A stretch of DNA of 64,000 nucleotides, from contig CBDCTH010000012.1 in the NCBI GenBank assembly GCA_965222155.1, forward strand, positions 1,376,001 to 1,440,000, read 5' to 3'. Source of the DNA: Gammaproteobacteria bacterium (lineage in GTDB: Bacteria; Pseudomonadota; Gammaproteobacteria; Eutrophobiales; Eutrophobiaceae). Positions 19,053 to 27,919 of this stretch are shown here, one piece after another. A program made the translations under genes and the position numbers. How positions within the stretch are numbered: the first letter of the stretch is position 1; each line of letters begins with the position of its first letter. The notes below the pieces were generated by a model. It was given only the letters and a program-made list of their open reading frames with translations. It was not told where the DNA came from and ran no database searches.

Positions 19053-19688
19053 CTACGTGCTTTTAACAAGGGGTCCGGTAATTAATTCCCGGGTTGAAGC
19101 AACTTTCCCGAAGTGGCGCGCAAAATTGGTTAAGAACACTCTCTGTAATGTATCGGAATCCACTTCACCCCAGCCTAGATCCGGTATGCCTGATGCGGCT
19201 GTGACATCACTTAACATGTAAACGGAATAATCTCGTGAAACCGCGTCTCGCGCGGTCGATTCAACGCAAGCTCCGGTTGAAACCCCCGCAATCAGAAGAT
19301 TGACAACCTTTAATTCCTTGATTGTTGCATCCAGTCTTGTGTACATAAAACCGGATTGCCTGATCTTTTCAATGACTATATCACCGGCCTGGGGCGCAAT
19401 CTCCGGCCAGATAGTGACACCCTCAGTTCCGGCACGTACAGCTTTCCCATAGCGAATAACAGAAAAACGCTCCGCTAAAGAACCCATGTCATTGGCTCCC
19501 GGATGGTGGACATGATTCAAATAAATTATCGGTAGTTTTACCTCACGACAATGCCGGATAAATCTGATCAGGTTGGGCATCATATCCCGTCCTTCTTCAG
19601 TTTCAAACGGGGCGCCGATTTGTAAAAAGTCCAGACTCATGTCTATGACTATCAAAGCTGTATTGTCGGGTGATAATTCTGAGAACAT
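19053..19688 (-). CDS. Isochorismatase-family cysteine hydrolase
   Basis: TALIVID, K..QSGF, GVSTGACVESTARDA catalytic triad. Confidence 0.9.
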   Translation of the reverse strand: MFSELSPDNTALIVIDMSLDFLQIGAPFETEEGRDMMPNLIRFIRHCREVKLPIIYLNHVHHPGANDMGSLAERFSVIRYGKAVRAGTEGVTIWPEIAPQAGDIVIEKIRQSGFMYTRLDATIKELKVVNLLIAGVSTGACVESTARDAVSRDYSVYMLSDVTAASGIPDLGWGEVDSDTLQRVFLTNFARHFGKVASTRELITGPLVKST

Positions 19689-19757
19689 TTTATTTTTTGC
19701 CTCACATGTTTATGTAAATAGTATGGGGTTAACCATATATGCAGGTTAAGGGCTTTC

Positions 19758-20276
19758 CTAAATAAATACCTGTAAGGGTTCGAAGGGAGCGTCACAGTTT
19801 ATTAAATCTACCCGTTTGAGACTGATTTTAAAATCCCGGTTATCCCGGCGCAGGTGGTAACGGTAAGTCCCGGCGAAAAGGCGTTGTTCACCCCGTTGGT
19901 ATTCGACCATCTGAAAACGCGTCGTGATGATGAGCTCGCTTGTATCGGGATTGATGCCCTCGATCACCTTATCCCCGGTAATATGGCTCGTGGTAATCGG
20001 ATGGACCAGGGAATGCGCGCGCGGATGTTGAATTCTTGCAATGCGCATTTCCATCAGGTCACGGTCTTCATAAAACAGGGAAATATCATTAACGGGATCC
20101 GTCTGTTCTTTCCTTGCCGGCACCCAGTACCTGCAGTCATCGGTGAATAATACCAGCCAGTCCGCGTAACGGCACTGGTCCAGGTATTCCGTTTCCCGGT
20201 AAAGTAACAACTCAATCGCTTCCAGAGCATCATCCGTGAGCTTGCTTGAGGTTATTTTGTCGGCAAAAATAATCAT
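19758..20276 (-). CDS. Aromatic ring-hydroxylating oxygenase beta subunit
   Basis: LLYRE..YLD..W..LF..D..YWVP, KRVDLINCD. Confidence 0.92.
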   Translation of the reverse strand: MIIFADKITSSKLTDDALEAIELLLYRETEYLDQCRYADWLVLFTDDCRYWVPARKEQTDPVNDISLFYEDRDLMEMRIARIQHPRAHSLVHPITTSHITGDKVIEGINPDTSELIITTRFQMVEYQRGEQRLFAGTYRYHLRRDNRDFKISLKRVDLINCDAPFEPLQVFI

Positions 20277-20305
20277 GGTTCGTCAACCCGGATTAAGCGT
20301 TTTCG

Positions 20306-20494
20306 CAGCAGTTCCCGCTAACTCCCGGGATCGAGGGCATCCTGCCCTCGTGGAGGGCGAGACGCCCTCCCAGGGAAACAGGCCCCTTTATCTCCTGGGG
20401 GACAGATTTAAATCTGTCCCCCCTGTCTATGGTCAGAGTATGCCCGAATCCAGCAATAATCACTGTATTGACCTCGGGTTAGCGGGAGCACCTG
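20306..20494. mobile_element. MITE copy 2 (189 bp, opposite orientation)
   Basis: Same TIRs as copy 1; 9-bp TSD GCGTTTTCG at 20297-20305 and 20495-20503. Confidence 0.92.
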
Positions 20495-21813
20495 GCGTTT
20501 TCGATACTATCCGGGCTGCACATATATGCCAGCCAGGCTCGATATTGGTTGCGGATGTACTGCTCACTTAGCGCAGATTGTGGTGAGACGTCGTCCAATT
20601 CAGGGTCAAACAAGCTATGCTGGCTTATCCATTCCCGGCCGGAAGAGTGCAATCCCTCCTGTACGCGGCGGTAGGCCTCGAGATCGTCGGGTTTTATCAG
20701 CGAGGAGGGGGAGTGAACAGTGTTGGCATAAGTGATATTTCTCCGGTTGATTTCATCGGGCGCGCCTTTCCAGCGGAATATGCTGATTTCAACAGCCGTT
20801 CTATCCACTGAAACCGGTCTGATCACTCGCATTTGCAGGAAACGCGGGTGAGCTGAGGCATTCGGGTAGAAACTCACATTGTGCAGGTTGGTATTCAGGA
20901 TTTTTCCGGACTTTTCCAGGCCGTACTGCCGCTGATGGCGGTTGACGTATTCCCGGTAGACCGGATCTGTCTCATTATCAGGATTACGGAAGCCGCGCAT
21001 GTCACTGTGGCCATATTCATAGCAGGTAACTTCCAGTTCTCCCATCTGCCGGTAACTCTGTGCGTTTGCCTGCACCAGTTGCAGGGCGAGCGGAGGAAGT
21101 TTACCTGGTGTTTTTTCAATTCTGCTGATTTGCTCCCGACTCGCCGCAATGGAGGATTGATGCACGCTCAACGGATGCATGCCGTCATGGAGGTTTTCCA
21201 GGTAAATCTTCCAATTATTACGGTAAATAGCGCGGAAACAAGTTCCGATAGCTTCCAACTCTCCCTGCGGCGAACGATCAACCATATTATCCAGGGCGCG
21301 CCGGGCGCCTCCCAGACAACCGGCCAGCCCGGGTGCGACAGCGGACAGGTTGGCAAATATGAAACCGCGGTAACTCCCCGACCTGATTTCGGAGAGACCG
21401 TAATCGGCCTGGTTGGTTCCAATTTCCGTATACTGATAATTATCCCGGCAGGGGATAGACAGCAACTCGCCATTTGTCTGATAGCACCAGCCGTGATAAC
21501 TACAGTTTAAGACTGCTGCATTGCCTTGTTTGTTTTCCAGCAGTTTTGCGCCGCGATGGGCGCAACGGTTGTGCAATACCCTGGTGGTATTATCCTCGTC
21601 GCGAATAACAATAACAGGATTGTCGGCGATTTCAGTGGTCAGGTAATCACCAGGATGCGCTATCTGGCTCTCATGGCACAGGTAGTTCCAGGAACGGGCA
21701 AAGATACGTTTTACTTCCAGGTTGAAAATTTCCGAGTCAAGATACACATCTTTATGTACGCAATCCGGCTGCACCAGAGAGCAGATATGATCTGTGTCAT
21801 ATGTATACTTCAT
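20479..21813 (-). CDS. Rieske non-haem iron oxygenase alpha subunit
   Basis: CAHRG...CSYHGW Rieske motif; ENLHDGMHPLSVH and DDLE iron ligands. Confidence 0.93.
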   Translation of the reverse strand: MKYTYDTDHICSLVQPDCVHKDVYLDSEIFNLEVKRIFARSWNYLCHESQIAHPGDYLTTEIADNPVIVIRDEDNTTRVLHNRCAHRGAKLLENKQGNAAVLNCSYHGWCYQTNGELLSIPCRDNYQYTEIGTNQADYGLSEIRSGSYRGFIFANLSAVAPGLAGCLGGARRALDNMVDRSPQGELEAIGTCFRAIYRNNWKIYLENLHDGMHPLSVHQSSIAASREQISRIEKTPGKLPPLALQLVQANAQSYRQMGELEVTCYEYGHSDMRGFRNPDNETDPVYREYVNRHQRQYGLEKSGKILNTNLHNVSFYPNASAHPRFLQMRVIRPVSVDRTAVEISIFRWKGAPDEINRRNITYANTVHSPSSLIKPDDLEAYRRVQEGLHSSGREWISQHSLFDPELDDVSPQSALSEQYIRNQYRAWLAYMCSPDSIENARCSR

Positions 21814-21894
21814 GTTTTTATCCAATAACCTGTTAGAGTAAGCATAAACCTTAATGCCATCCAATCTCATTATATTTATCCCAGTATAAGACCA

Positions 21895-23148
21895 ATGAGA
21901 AATATCGCCACACGTCGGCAGGGATTGACTGGAGAAAATCAAATTGCCTATCGCGGCTGGTGGATTGTGGCGATTGCCGCCGTTGCCATGTCGACCGGGC
22001 CGGGACAGTTTGCATTCGGCGCTCTGGGTCTGTTCATCAAGCCGCTGGGGGAAGAGTTTGGCTGGGACCGCGCCCAGGTGAGCCTTGCTGCGACCTACTT
22101 CACCATCGCTCTTGCATTCAGCATACCTGTCATCGGCCAGTTGGCTGATCGTTCCGGCAGCAGACGGGTGTTATTGCCCTCCATCCTGGTCTTTGCCGCG
22201 TTGCTGGCGTTGCCTGCCTTGCTGGTCGATACCCTGTGGAAACTGTATCTCATTTATATTCTGATGGGCTGCCTGGGCGCCGGCGCGAATGCGCTGCCTT
22301 ATTTACGCACCATAGCGACCTGGTTTGATGCCCGGCGCGGACTGGCAATCGGGATCGCGATGGGCGGCAGCGGGATGGGGTTTGCCTATGTGCCGCCCCT
22401 GGTCCAGTATGTCATTGATACTTACGACTGGCGCGCCGGTTATATCTGCCTGGCGATTTTTACCATGGTTGTGACAATACCCCTGGTGTATTTTTTTCTG
22501 CGTGACGCGCCGGCCGCACAGGGCAGGGTAGATGACCGCTACGGAGACTCCGAAAAATCTTCTCTGAAGCTGCTGCCCGTGCTTAAATCACGGTTGTTGT
22601 GGCAGTTATTCCTGATCTTCTGCCTGTTGTCGTTCGGTCTTTACGGTGTATTGGCACACCTGGCGCCGATGATGTCCGACCGTGGTATGACGATGGCTGA
22701 TGCCGCCCTGGTACAGTCCACGCTGGGTATCTCGATCGTTGTTTCACGTATTTTTGTCGGCTATTTAATCGACCGGTTTGTCGCCACCCGGGTCGCCTTT
22801 GTTTGCTTTTTGATCAGCGCCGGTGGGGTAGGTGTTCTCGCCGCCGGCGCAGTCAATGCGCCGGCTTTTTTAGCCGCTCTTTGCATCGGTCTGAGCCTGG
22901 GTGCTGAGATTGACATGCTGGCCTATCTAACCAGCCGTTACTTCGGCGTGGATAATTTCGGCAAGATATACGGCATCCTGTTTGCCTCCTTCCTTATCGG
23001 CACGTCGCTCGGCCCCTACGCATTCGGCCTGGCTTATGAAACGTATGGCTCATACCGGGAAGTATTGATATCAGCCGTCATTGTCATCATTATCTCGGCC
23101 GTCACTACCCTGTTGCTGCCGTCTTATAAAAGGTCGAAATTATTCTGA
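21895..23148 (+). CDS. MFS transporter
   Basis: About 12 TM segments; GQLADRSGSRR motif A. Confidence 0.9.
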   Translation: MRNIATRRQGLTGENQIAYRGWWIVAIAAVAMSTGPGQFAFGALGLFIKPLGEEFGWDRAQVSLAATYFTIALAFSIPVIGQLADRSGSRRVLLPSILVFAALLALPALLVDTLWKLYLIYILMGCLGAGANALPYLRTIATWFDARRGLAIGIAMGGSGMGFAYVPPLVQYVIDTYDWRAGYICLAIFTMVVTIPLVYFFLRDAPAAQGRVDDRYGDSEKSSLKLLPVLKSRLLWQLFLIFCLLSFGLYGVLAHLAPMMSDRGMTMADAALVQSTLGISIVVSRIFVGYLIDRFVATRVAFVCFLISAGGVGVLAAGAVNAPAFLAALCIGLSLGAEIDMLAYLTSRYFGVDNFGKIYGILFASFLIGTSLGPYAFGLAYETYGSYREVLISAVIVIIISAVTTLLLPSYKRSKLF

Positions 23149-23591
23149 TGTTCCTGGAGGGGGAGTAGAATTCATATGATAACTGTTTGTTATCACTAAA
23201 TAAAATCTGTTGTATTCTGCCTTTCTCAACAATATTTACAACATTTATACCAAAGGGATACAGTTGAATCGCCGCGTGTGCTACGTAGACCCTAGAGCTC
23301 AAGCGAACCTATCTCTGCTGGCCCCTATCGTCAATGTGCCATCGGCTAAGATTGATAAACCGTGATTTTCCTAAACAGTTCGTGGTACAAGAAAGGGAAG
23401 AGGGTCGGCTCGTAACCACTGCTGTATAAGACATATATCCGTAGAAAAAGAAGAAAAAATCACAATACCAATAGAAATTTCAATCAAATGATTTAATTTA
23501 TAGCCATATTGGTTAAAATATTGGTACAATATGTATTGACATCAGCTATTTTATATCATATGATTGGAATGAATGAGGATTTTCTACGAGC

Positions 23592-23948
23592 ATGGTGCTA
23601 GACGAGTCGATAAGGCACCAGTTGGTTCTCCTTGCACGAAGGCGTAAAGCCCGCGTGACTGAGTTTCGTTCTGATCGGCCGAGTGACTGGCGCCCTGGCC
23701 AGGTACGCAATCCAAATGGGGTGCTCGACAGCCACTTCACGGATGCATCAGCCTGGGAGTATATTGCGACCAAGCTTGAGAACGGACACCCTGTCGATGC
23801 CATGCGATTAGATAAGCCACCCGGGGCTAAGGGTTATGTGATGAAGATCGATATTGAGCCTGATATGCCTCAACTCTATGTCAAGCTGCAACTGGGATCC
23901 GGGAAGATCATCGGACGCAGTTTTCACTACTCTGAACGAAAAGACTGA
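23592..23948 (+). CDS. MqsR-like toxin (divergent)
   Basis: C-terminal LYVKL..IIGRSFH resembles the MqsR family; sits directly upstream of an MqsA-like gene. Confidence 0.6.
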   Translation: MVLDESIRHQLVLLARRRKARVTEFRSDRPSDWRPGQVRNPNGVLDSHFTDASAWEYIATKLENGHPVDAMRLDKPPGAKGYVMKIDIEPDMPQLYVKLQLGSGKIIGRSFHYSERKD

Positions 23949-23959
23949 AGAGCCTTGAA

Positions 23960-24520
23960 ATGAATCCAAATCAATCAACAACTGGGCTGCAGACAGTGCA
24001 GCAAGAACTTACGTGTCCACTGTGTGGCAACGCTGGCATAACGACATCATGGAAACCTGACGTATTCAACTATGGGTCCGGCGAATCCATGGCGGAACTG
24101 ACAGTGGATGTTCCTGTGCGCCGATGTGAAGACTGCGACCTCGAATATCTTGATGATGAGGCCGAACGATTGAAACACGGGGCGGTATGCCGGCATCTTG
24201 GCGTCCTGACGCCAGACGAAATTCGGCATATCAGAAAGGGGTTTGGTATGACACAAGCAGAATTTGCTCAGGTAACCGGTATCGGTGTAGCATCACTAAA
24301 CCGCTGGGAGAACGGCCTGACTATCCAGACGCAGGCGTACGACCGGTACCTGCGCCTCTTGACGGCGCACCCGAGCAATATCCGGGATCTTGAGAGGTTT
24401 ACGAACCTCGTCCCTTCCCTACAGTCCGAAGTCCCCTCCGGGAACCGATTCCGCGTCTTGGATGTGACCCAGAATTTACTGAAGGAACAAGAAAGCTTTA
24501 AGCTACGCAAAGCTGCGTGA
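23960..24520 (+). CDS. MqsA-like antitoxin (Zn ribbon + XRE HTH) with a C-terminal extension
   Basis: CPLCG...CEDC, LTPDEIRHIRK.FGMTQAEFA..GIG.ASLNRWENG. Confidence 0.88.
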   Translation: MNPNQSTTGLQTVQQELTCPLCGNAGITTSWKPDVFNYGSGESMAELTVDVPVRRCEDCDLEYLDDEAERLKHGAVCRHLGVLTPDEIRHIRKGFGMTQAEFAQVTGIGVASLNRWENGLTIQTQAYDRYLRLLTAHPSNIRDLERFTNLVPSLQSEVPSGNRFRVLDVTQNLLKEQESFKLRKAA

Positions 24521-24524
24521 CGTC

Positions 24525-26375
24525 ATGTACATCACAACATTTTATTCCTTCAAGGGTGGTGTTGGCCGCACGATGGCCCTGGTCAACGCCGCCGTCAATC
24601 TCGCCCTGGCGGGCCGCCGAGTCCTTGTCGTGGACTTCGATATTGAGGCACCCGGACTTGATACCTTCGACGTTCTGAAGCCGCATAAAGAAGTTCCCGG
24701 GATCATCGATTTCGTCACCCAGTATCTGGGAACCGGGCAAGCTCCGAATATCTCCGACTTTATCGGCGAGTGTCCCCCTATCGGCGAACGAGATGGAAAG
24801 CTGTGGATCATGCCATCAGGCAGAAACGAGACTTATGCTACGACTTTCAATCAGGTTGACTGGGGTGATCTATATGAAAGGCGCGATGGATATTTGCTGT
24901 TTGAAGATATCAGGGGGCAATGGAAACAGACCTTAAAACCGGACTACGTGCTGATTGATTCCCGCACCGGACATACAGATACGAGCGGAATCTGCACTCG
25001 GCAGCTTCCCAATTCTGTTGTAGTCCTGTTCTTTCCGAATGAACAGAACTTGCGGGGCCTGGTCGATGTGGTCAGGGATATTCGGGCCGAGGCTGAGAGT
25101 CCGCGTAAAAAGAATATCGAATTTCACTTTGTGATGTCTAATGTCCCGGATATGGATGATGAAGATCGGATTCTCGAAAGTAAGATCAAGGCTTTTCAGA
25201 ACCAACTCGGTTTCCGGCAGGAACCGATGATTGTACATCGGTACGACAGTCTTTCCCTTCTTAACCAGGTGGTTTTTTCTAAGGACCGCCCGAAAAGCCG
25301 ACTGGCAAAGGAGTACAGCAAGATCGTGGGTGAAATTGCTGTGCGCAACCCGGATGATCGGGATGGAGCACTAGAGTATATCCGAAGGGCAGAGCGACCC
25401 CGAAAATGGATAGACGACGATTCGATACGCAGGCGGCAGGAGATGCTTGACAAGATCAAACGGGCGCACCCGACTGATGGAGAAGTTCTGTTTCGCCTGA
25501 GTGTGCTTAAAGAATCTCATGATGATCTGGAATCTGCGTCCTTACTGTATAACCAGGCAATTGATGCTGGGTACGATAAACCAGAAGCCTATTTAAAACG
25601 CTCAAAATTCAGCGAACAAAACAGCTATCCGGACGGAGCGAGCGAAGATGCCTGGCATGTGCTGAATTTTAAGCAAGTTCCTCCGACTATGGTAAGAGAA
25701 GCAATTTCCCGACTGATGCGTTTGGGGGCATATGACTTGAACGAGGTAGTCAATTCTCCCGCGGTAATGTCGCTGGACCCTGATGACAAGCTCTGGATAG
25801 CCGATCCGTTCGATAGTTCATTAAACGATGTACAGCTTACAATATCCCTCCTTGAACCAATCCTCGATGTCAGCGAACTATCGGAAAGCGATCGCTATTG
25901 CACAAAACATTACCTAGGGTTGTCGTATATGGGGTTAGGAAGATGTTTAGAGGCAGTGGGGATGTTTCGAATCGAGGACGAGGATATAACTGACCTGTAT
26001 ATTGCATATACGTTTAATTACGCAATGGCAATGTGGGGCGCAACCGGGACGATTCATGCTGAGATTTTTCAACGTGCCGTAGAGCTTGATCGCTCTGACC
26101 CTTCAGATGACGTCGGCCCGAACCACCTTCAGTGCATGGCGATTGCCTACTGGGCGGCTGGCGACGATAACGCAGCACTTAACTACGTGGACCAAGCACA
26201 GCGGGCTATTAATGACTTTCGAGGTCGAACGGAGTTTAGTTGCTGGCGTTATCTCCAGGTCGAAGTAAGGTCATTCGATGAGGATCTAGGTGAAATTCGT
26301 ACCTTGATCAAAAAACCTGGTTCTGTAGTGCCTAAATTTATGGCTGTGAAAGGTAACGGATCTGCCGAGGCGTAG
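24525..26375 (+). CDS. ParA/MinD-like ATPase (KGGVGR variant Walker A) with a C-terminal helical/TPR-like region
   Basis: TFYSFKGGVGRT, VDFDIEAPG, DYVLIDSRTG, followed by repeated helical pairs. Confidence 0.85.
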   Translation: MYITTFYSFKGGVGRTMALVNAAVNLALAGRRVLVVDFDIEAPGLDTFDVLKPHKEVPGIIDFVTQYLGTGQAPNISDFIGECPPIGERDGKLWIMPSGRNETYATTFNQVDWGDLYERRDGYLLFEDIRGQWKQTLKPDYVLIDSRTGHTDTSGICTRQLPNSVVVLFFPNEQNLRGLVDVVRDIRAEAESPRKKNIEFHFVMSNVPDMDDEDRILESKIKAFQNQLGFRQEPMIVHRYDSLSLLNQVVFSKDRPKSRLAKEYSKIVGEIAVRNPDDRDGALEYIRRAERPRKWIDDDSIRRRQEMLDKIKRAHPTDGEVLFRLSVLKESHDDLESASLLYNQAIDAGYDKPEAYLKRSKFSEQNSYPDGASEDAWHVLNFKQVPPTMVREAISRLMRLGAYDLNEVVNSPAVMSLDPDDKLWIADPFDSSLNDVQLTISLLEPILDVSELSESDRYCTKHYLGLSYMGLGRCLEAVGMFRIEDEDITDLYIAYTFNYAMAMWGATGTIHAEIFQRAVELDRSDPSDDVGPNHLQCMAIAYWAAGDDNAALNYVDQAQRAINDFRGRTEFSCWRYLQVEVRSFDEDLGEIRTLIKKPGSVVPKFMAVKGNGSAEA

Positions 26376-26551
26376 TTCTGTTCAACCTCGGCATATCGGC
26401 TTAGACAGCACTCTACCGATTGGTGGTGGGGGAAAGAACACTATGAAATGGCTAAGAATTTAGGTGAGGCTATCCTGACTTTAATATCGATGATTACTAA
26501 CATCAATACTTTAGGAGGTTGAAGCTGCTACCTTCAACATATAACAAAAAT

Positions 26552-27873
26552 CATTAGTGTCCCAACGATTAATCGAATAAAATCAACTGGTTAGGTGTAT
26601 CGGGTTGTTTCATATTGTAATCAGTTTTGGTAAGTATATGATCCAGCGGCATTTTCTCAAAGACGGACACGCTCAAAATCTGTAATAGTGTGTAGAGACT
26701 AAGGGGGATATTGAGGCGTTTTTTGATAATGGCGACCAGGACATAGACCGTCATGGCGGTCCAGATTTGGGTTTTGACCGCGTGCTCGGCGGTGCCGTAG
26801 AAGGCGTTGATACGTAGAGGCTGCTTCATCCATTTGAAGAACAGTTCAACCTGCCAACGGCAGCGATACAGTTGGGTAATCGTGTGTGCAGGCAAGGTGA
26901 AGTGGTTAGTGAGGAAGACCAGTTGCCGGGTCGGTCACTTTGACTCTGCGGAGTTTATCCGGGTAGTGTTTGGCCGCGTAGAAGCCGGTGAGGACGACGG
27001 TCTGGTGGCACTGGAGGCCGGTGTGTTTATCGACGGGGCGGGCATAGCGGCGGCGCTAACGCCAGTGGGCCTTGGCCCGGACGATGAAGCAGGCGGCGGC
27101 CTGCTGCAAGGTGTAGCGGCGGCGGCAGTCCAGGTGGCCGCGCTCCATGATGTAGCGGGCGCCGGCTTCGGGCAGTAGCAGGTCGAGGCCCTTGACAGCG
27201 TGCAGTTTGCCGTCAGAGAGGTGGATAAACGTGGGAATACTGCCCCGCAGGTCGAGTAGCGTATGCACTTTGACGGCGCCTTTGGTGGTACGGACGCGGG
27301 CCCAGGGAAAGACGGACAAGCACAGGTCGATGGGGGTGGCATCAAGGGCATAGACGGTGTGTTTGAGTGCGAGGCCGACGTCCTCGTCGAGAGACAGTTG
27401 TCGGGCGCTGTGGATTAAGGCGTGGGCGACGTCGGCGTAGATGCGCCCGTCGCGGGTCGGGTTGGCATGGGCCAAGGTGTTGCATGAGACGGTGCCGCGC
27501 AAGCCCCTGTGGTACAACGTGTGGCGCTGTGCGCGCAGGCCGGCTTCGCTATCCCGCCGGCTCTCCCGGTAGGTGAGTTGAGCGAAGGCCAGACATAGGA
27601 ATTGGTCGAGGCAGGTGACGCGTTTGACTTTGTGGTGGCCGCGATAACGCTGCACACAGCGTCGGAAGGTATGCCTGGGCAGATGGGCCATGACTTGAGA
27701 GACGATGACGTTGCCGGTATACATGGGGCAAAACTCCCTGGTAATGAATAGGAGTGAGCGCAGGACAGGCAGGCGCCGCCGAATTCAAGTCGATGACAGG
27801 CAAAAATGATTTGTTTATTAAGCTATATCAATAAGTTACAACTACCCAGGCCTCAAACGTTGGGACACTAGTG
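26552..27873 (-). mobile_element. IS4-family insertion sequence, decayed
   Basis: Terminal IRs CATTAGTGTCCCAACG (26552-26567) and CGTTGGGACACTAGTG (27858-27873), 15/16 match. No flanking TSD seen. Confidence 0.92.
26569..27724 (-). pseudogene. IS4 transposase (DUF4372 + DDE) with an in-frame stop at 27056 and a frameshift near 26935
   Basis: FAQLTYRES, VYALDAT, LYRCRWQVELFFKW, NQL.LFD. The second catalytic Asp motif reads MERG rather than MDRG. Confidence 0.93.
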
Positions 27874-27919
27874 AAGTCTTATAAAAAGACAGATCATTAA
27901 TCACCAGCGCTGAACGACG

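Noticed and set aside
12174-20494. The two inverted MITEs as ends of one composite transposon or invertible segment
   Set aside because: Each copy has its own distinct, matching TSD pair, so they are independent insertions with no recombination between them.
23105-23460. Short AT-rich minus-strand ORF fragments
   Set aside because: No recognisable motif; possibly gene debris at the island boundary, but unsupported.
26807-27803. Several alternative-frame ORFs within the IS
   Set aside because: They are by-products of the raised GC content (loss of stop codons) in the mutated transposase.
26552-27873. Diversity-generating retroelement as the cause of the IS mutations
   Set aside because: No reverse transcriptase or TR/VR pair is present. 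DGRs mutate A to any base on one strand, whereas the changes here are A->C and T->G on the same strand.
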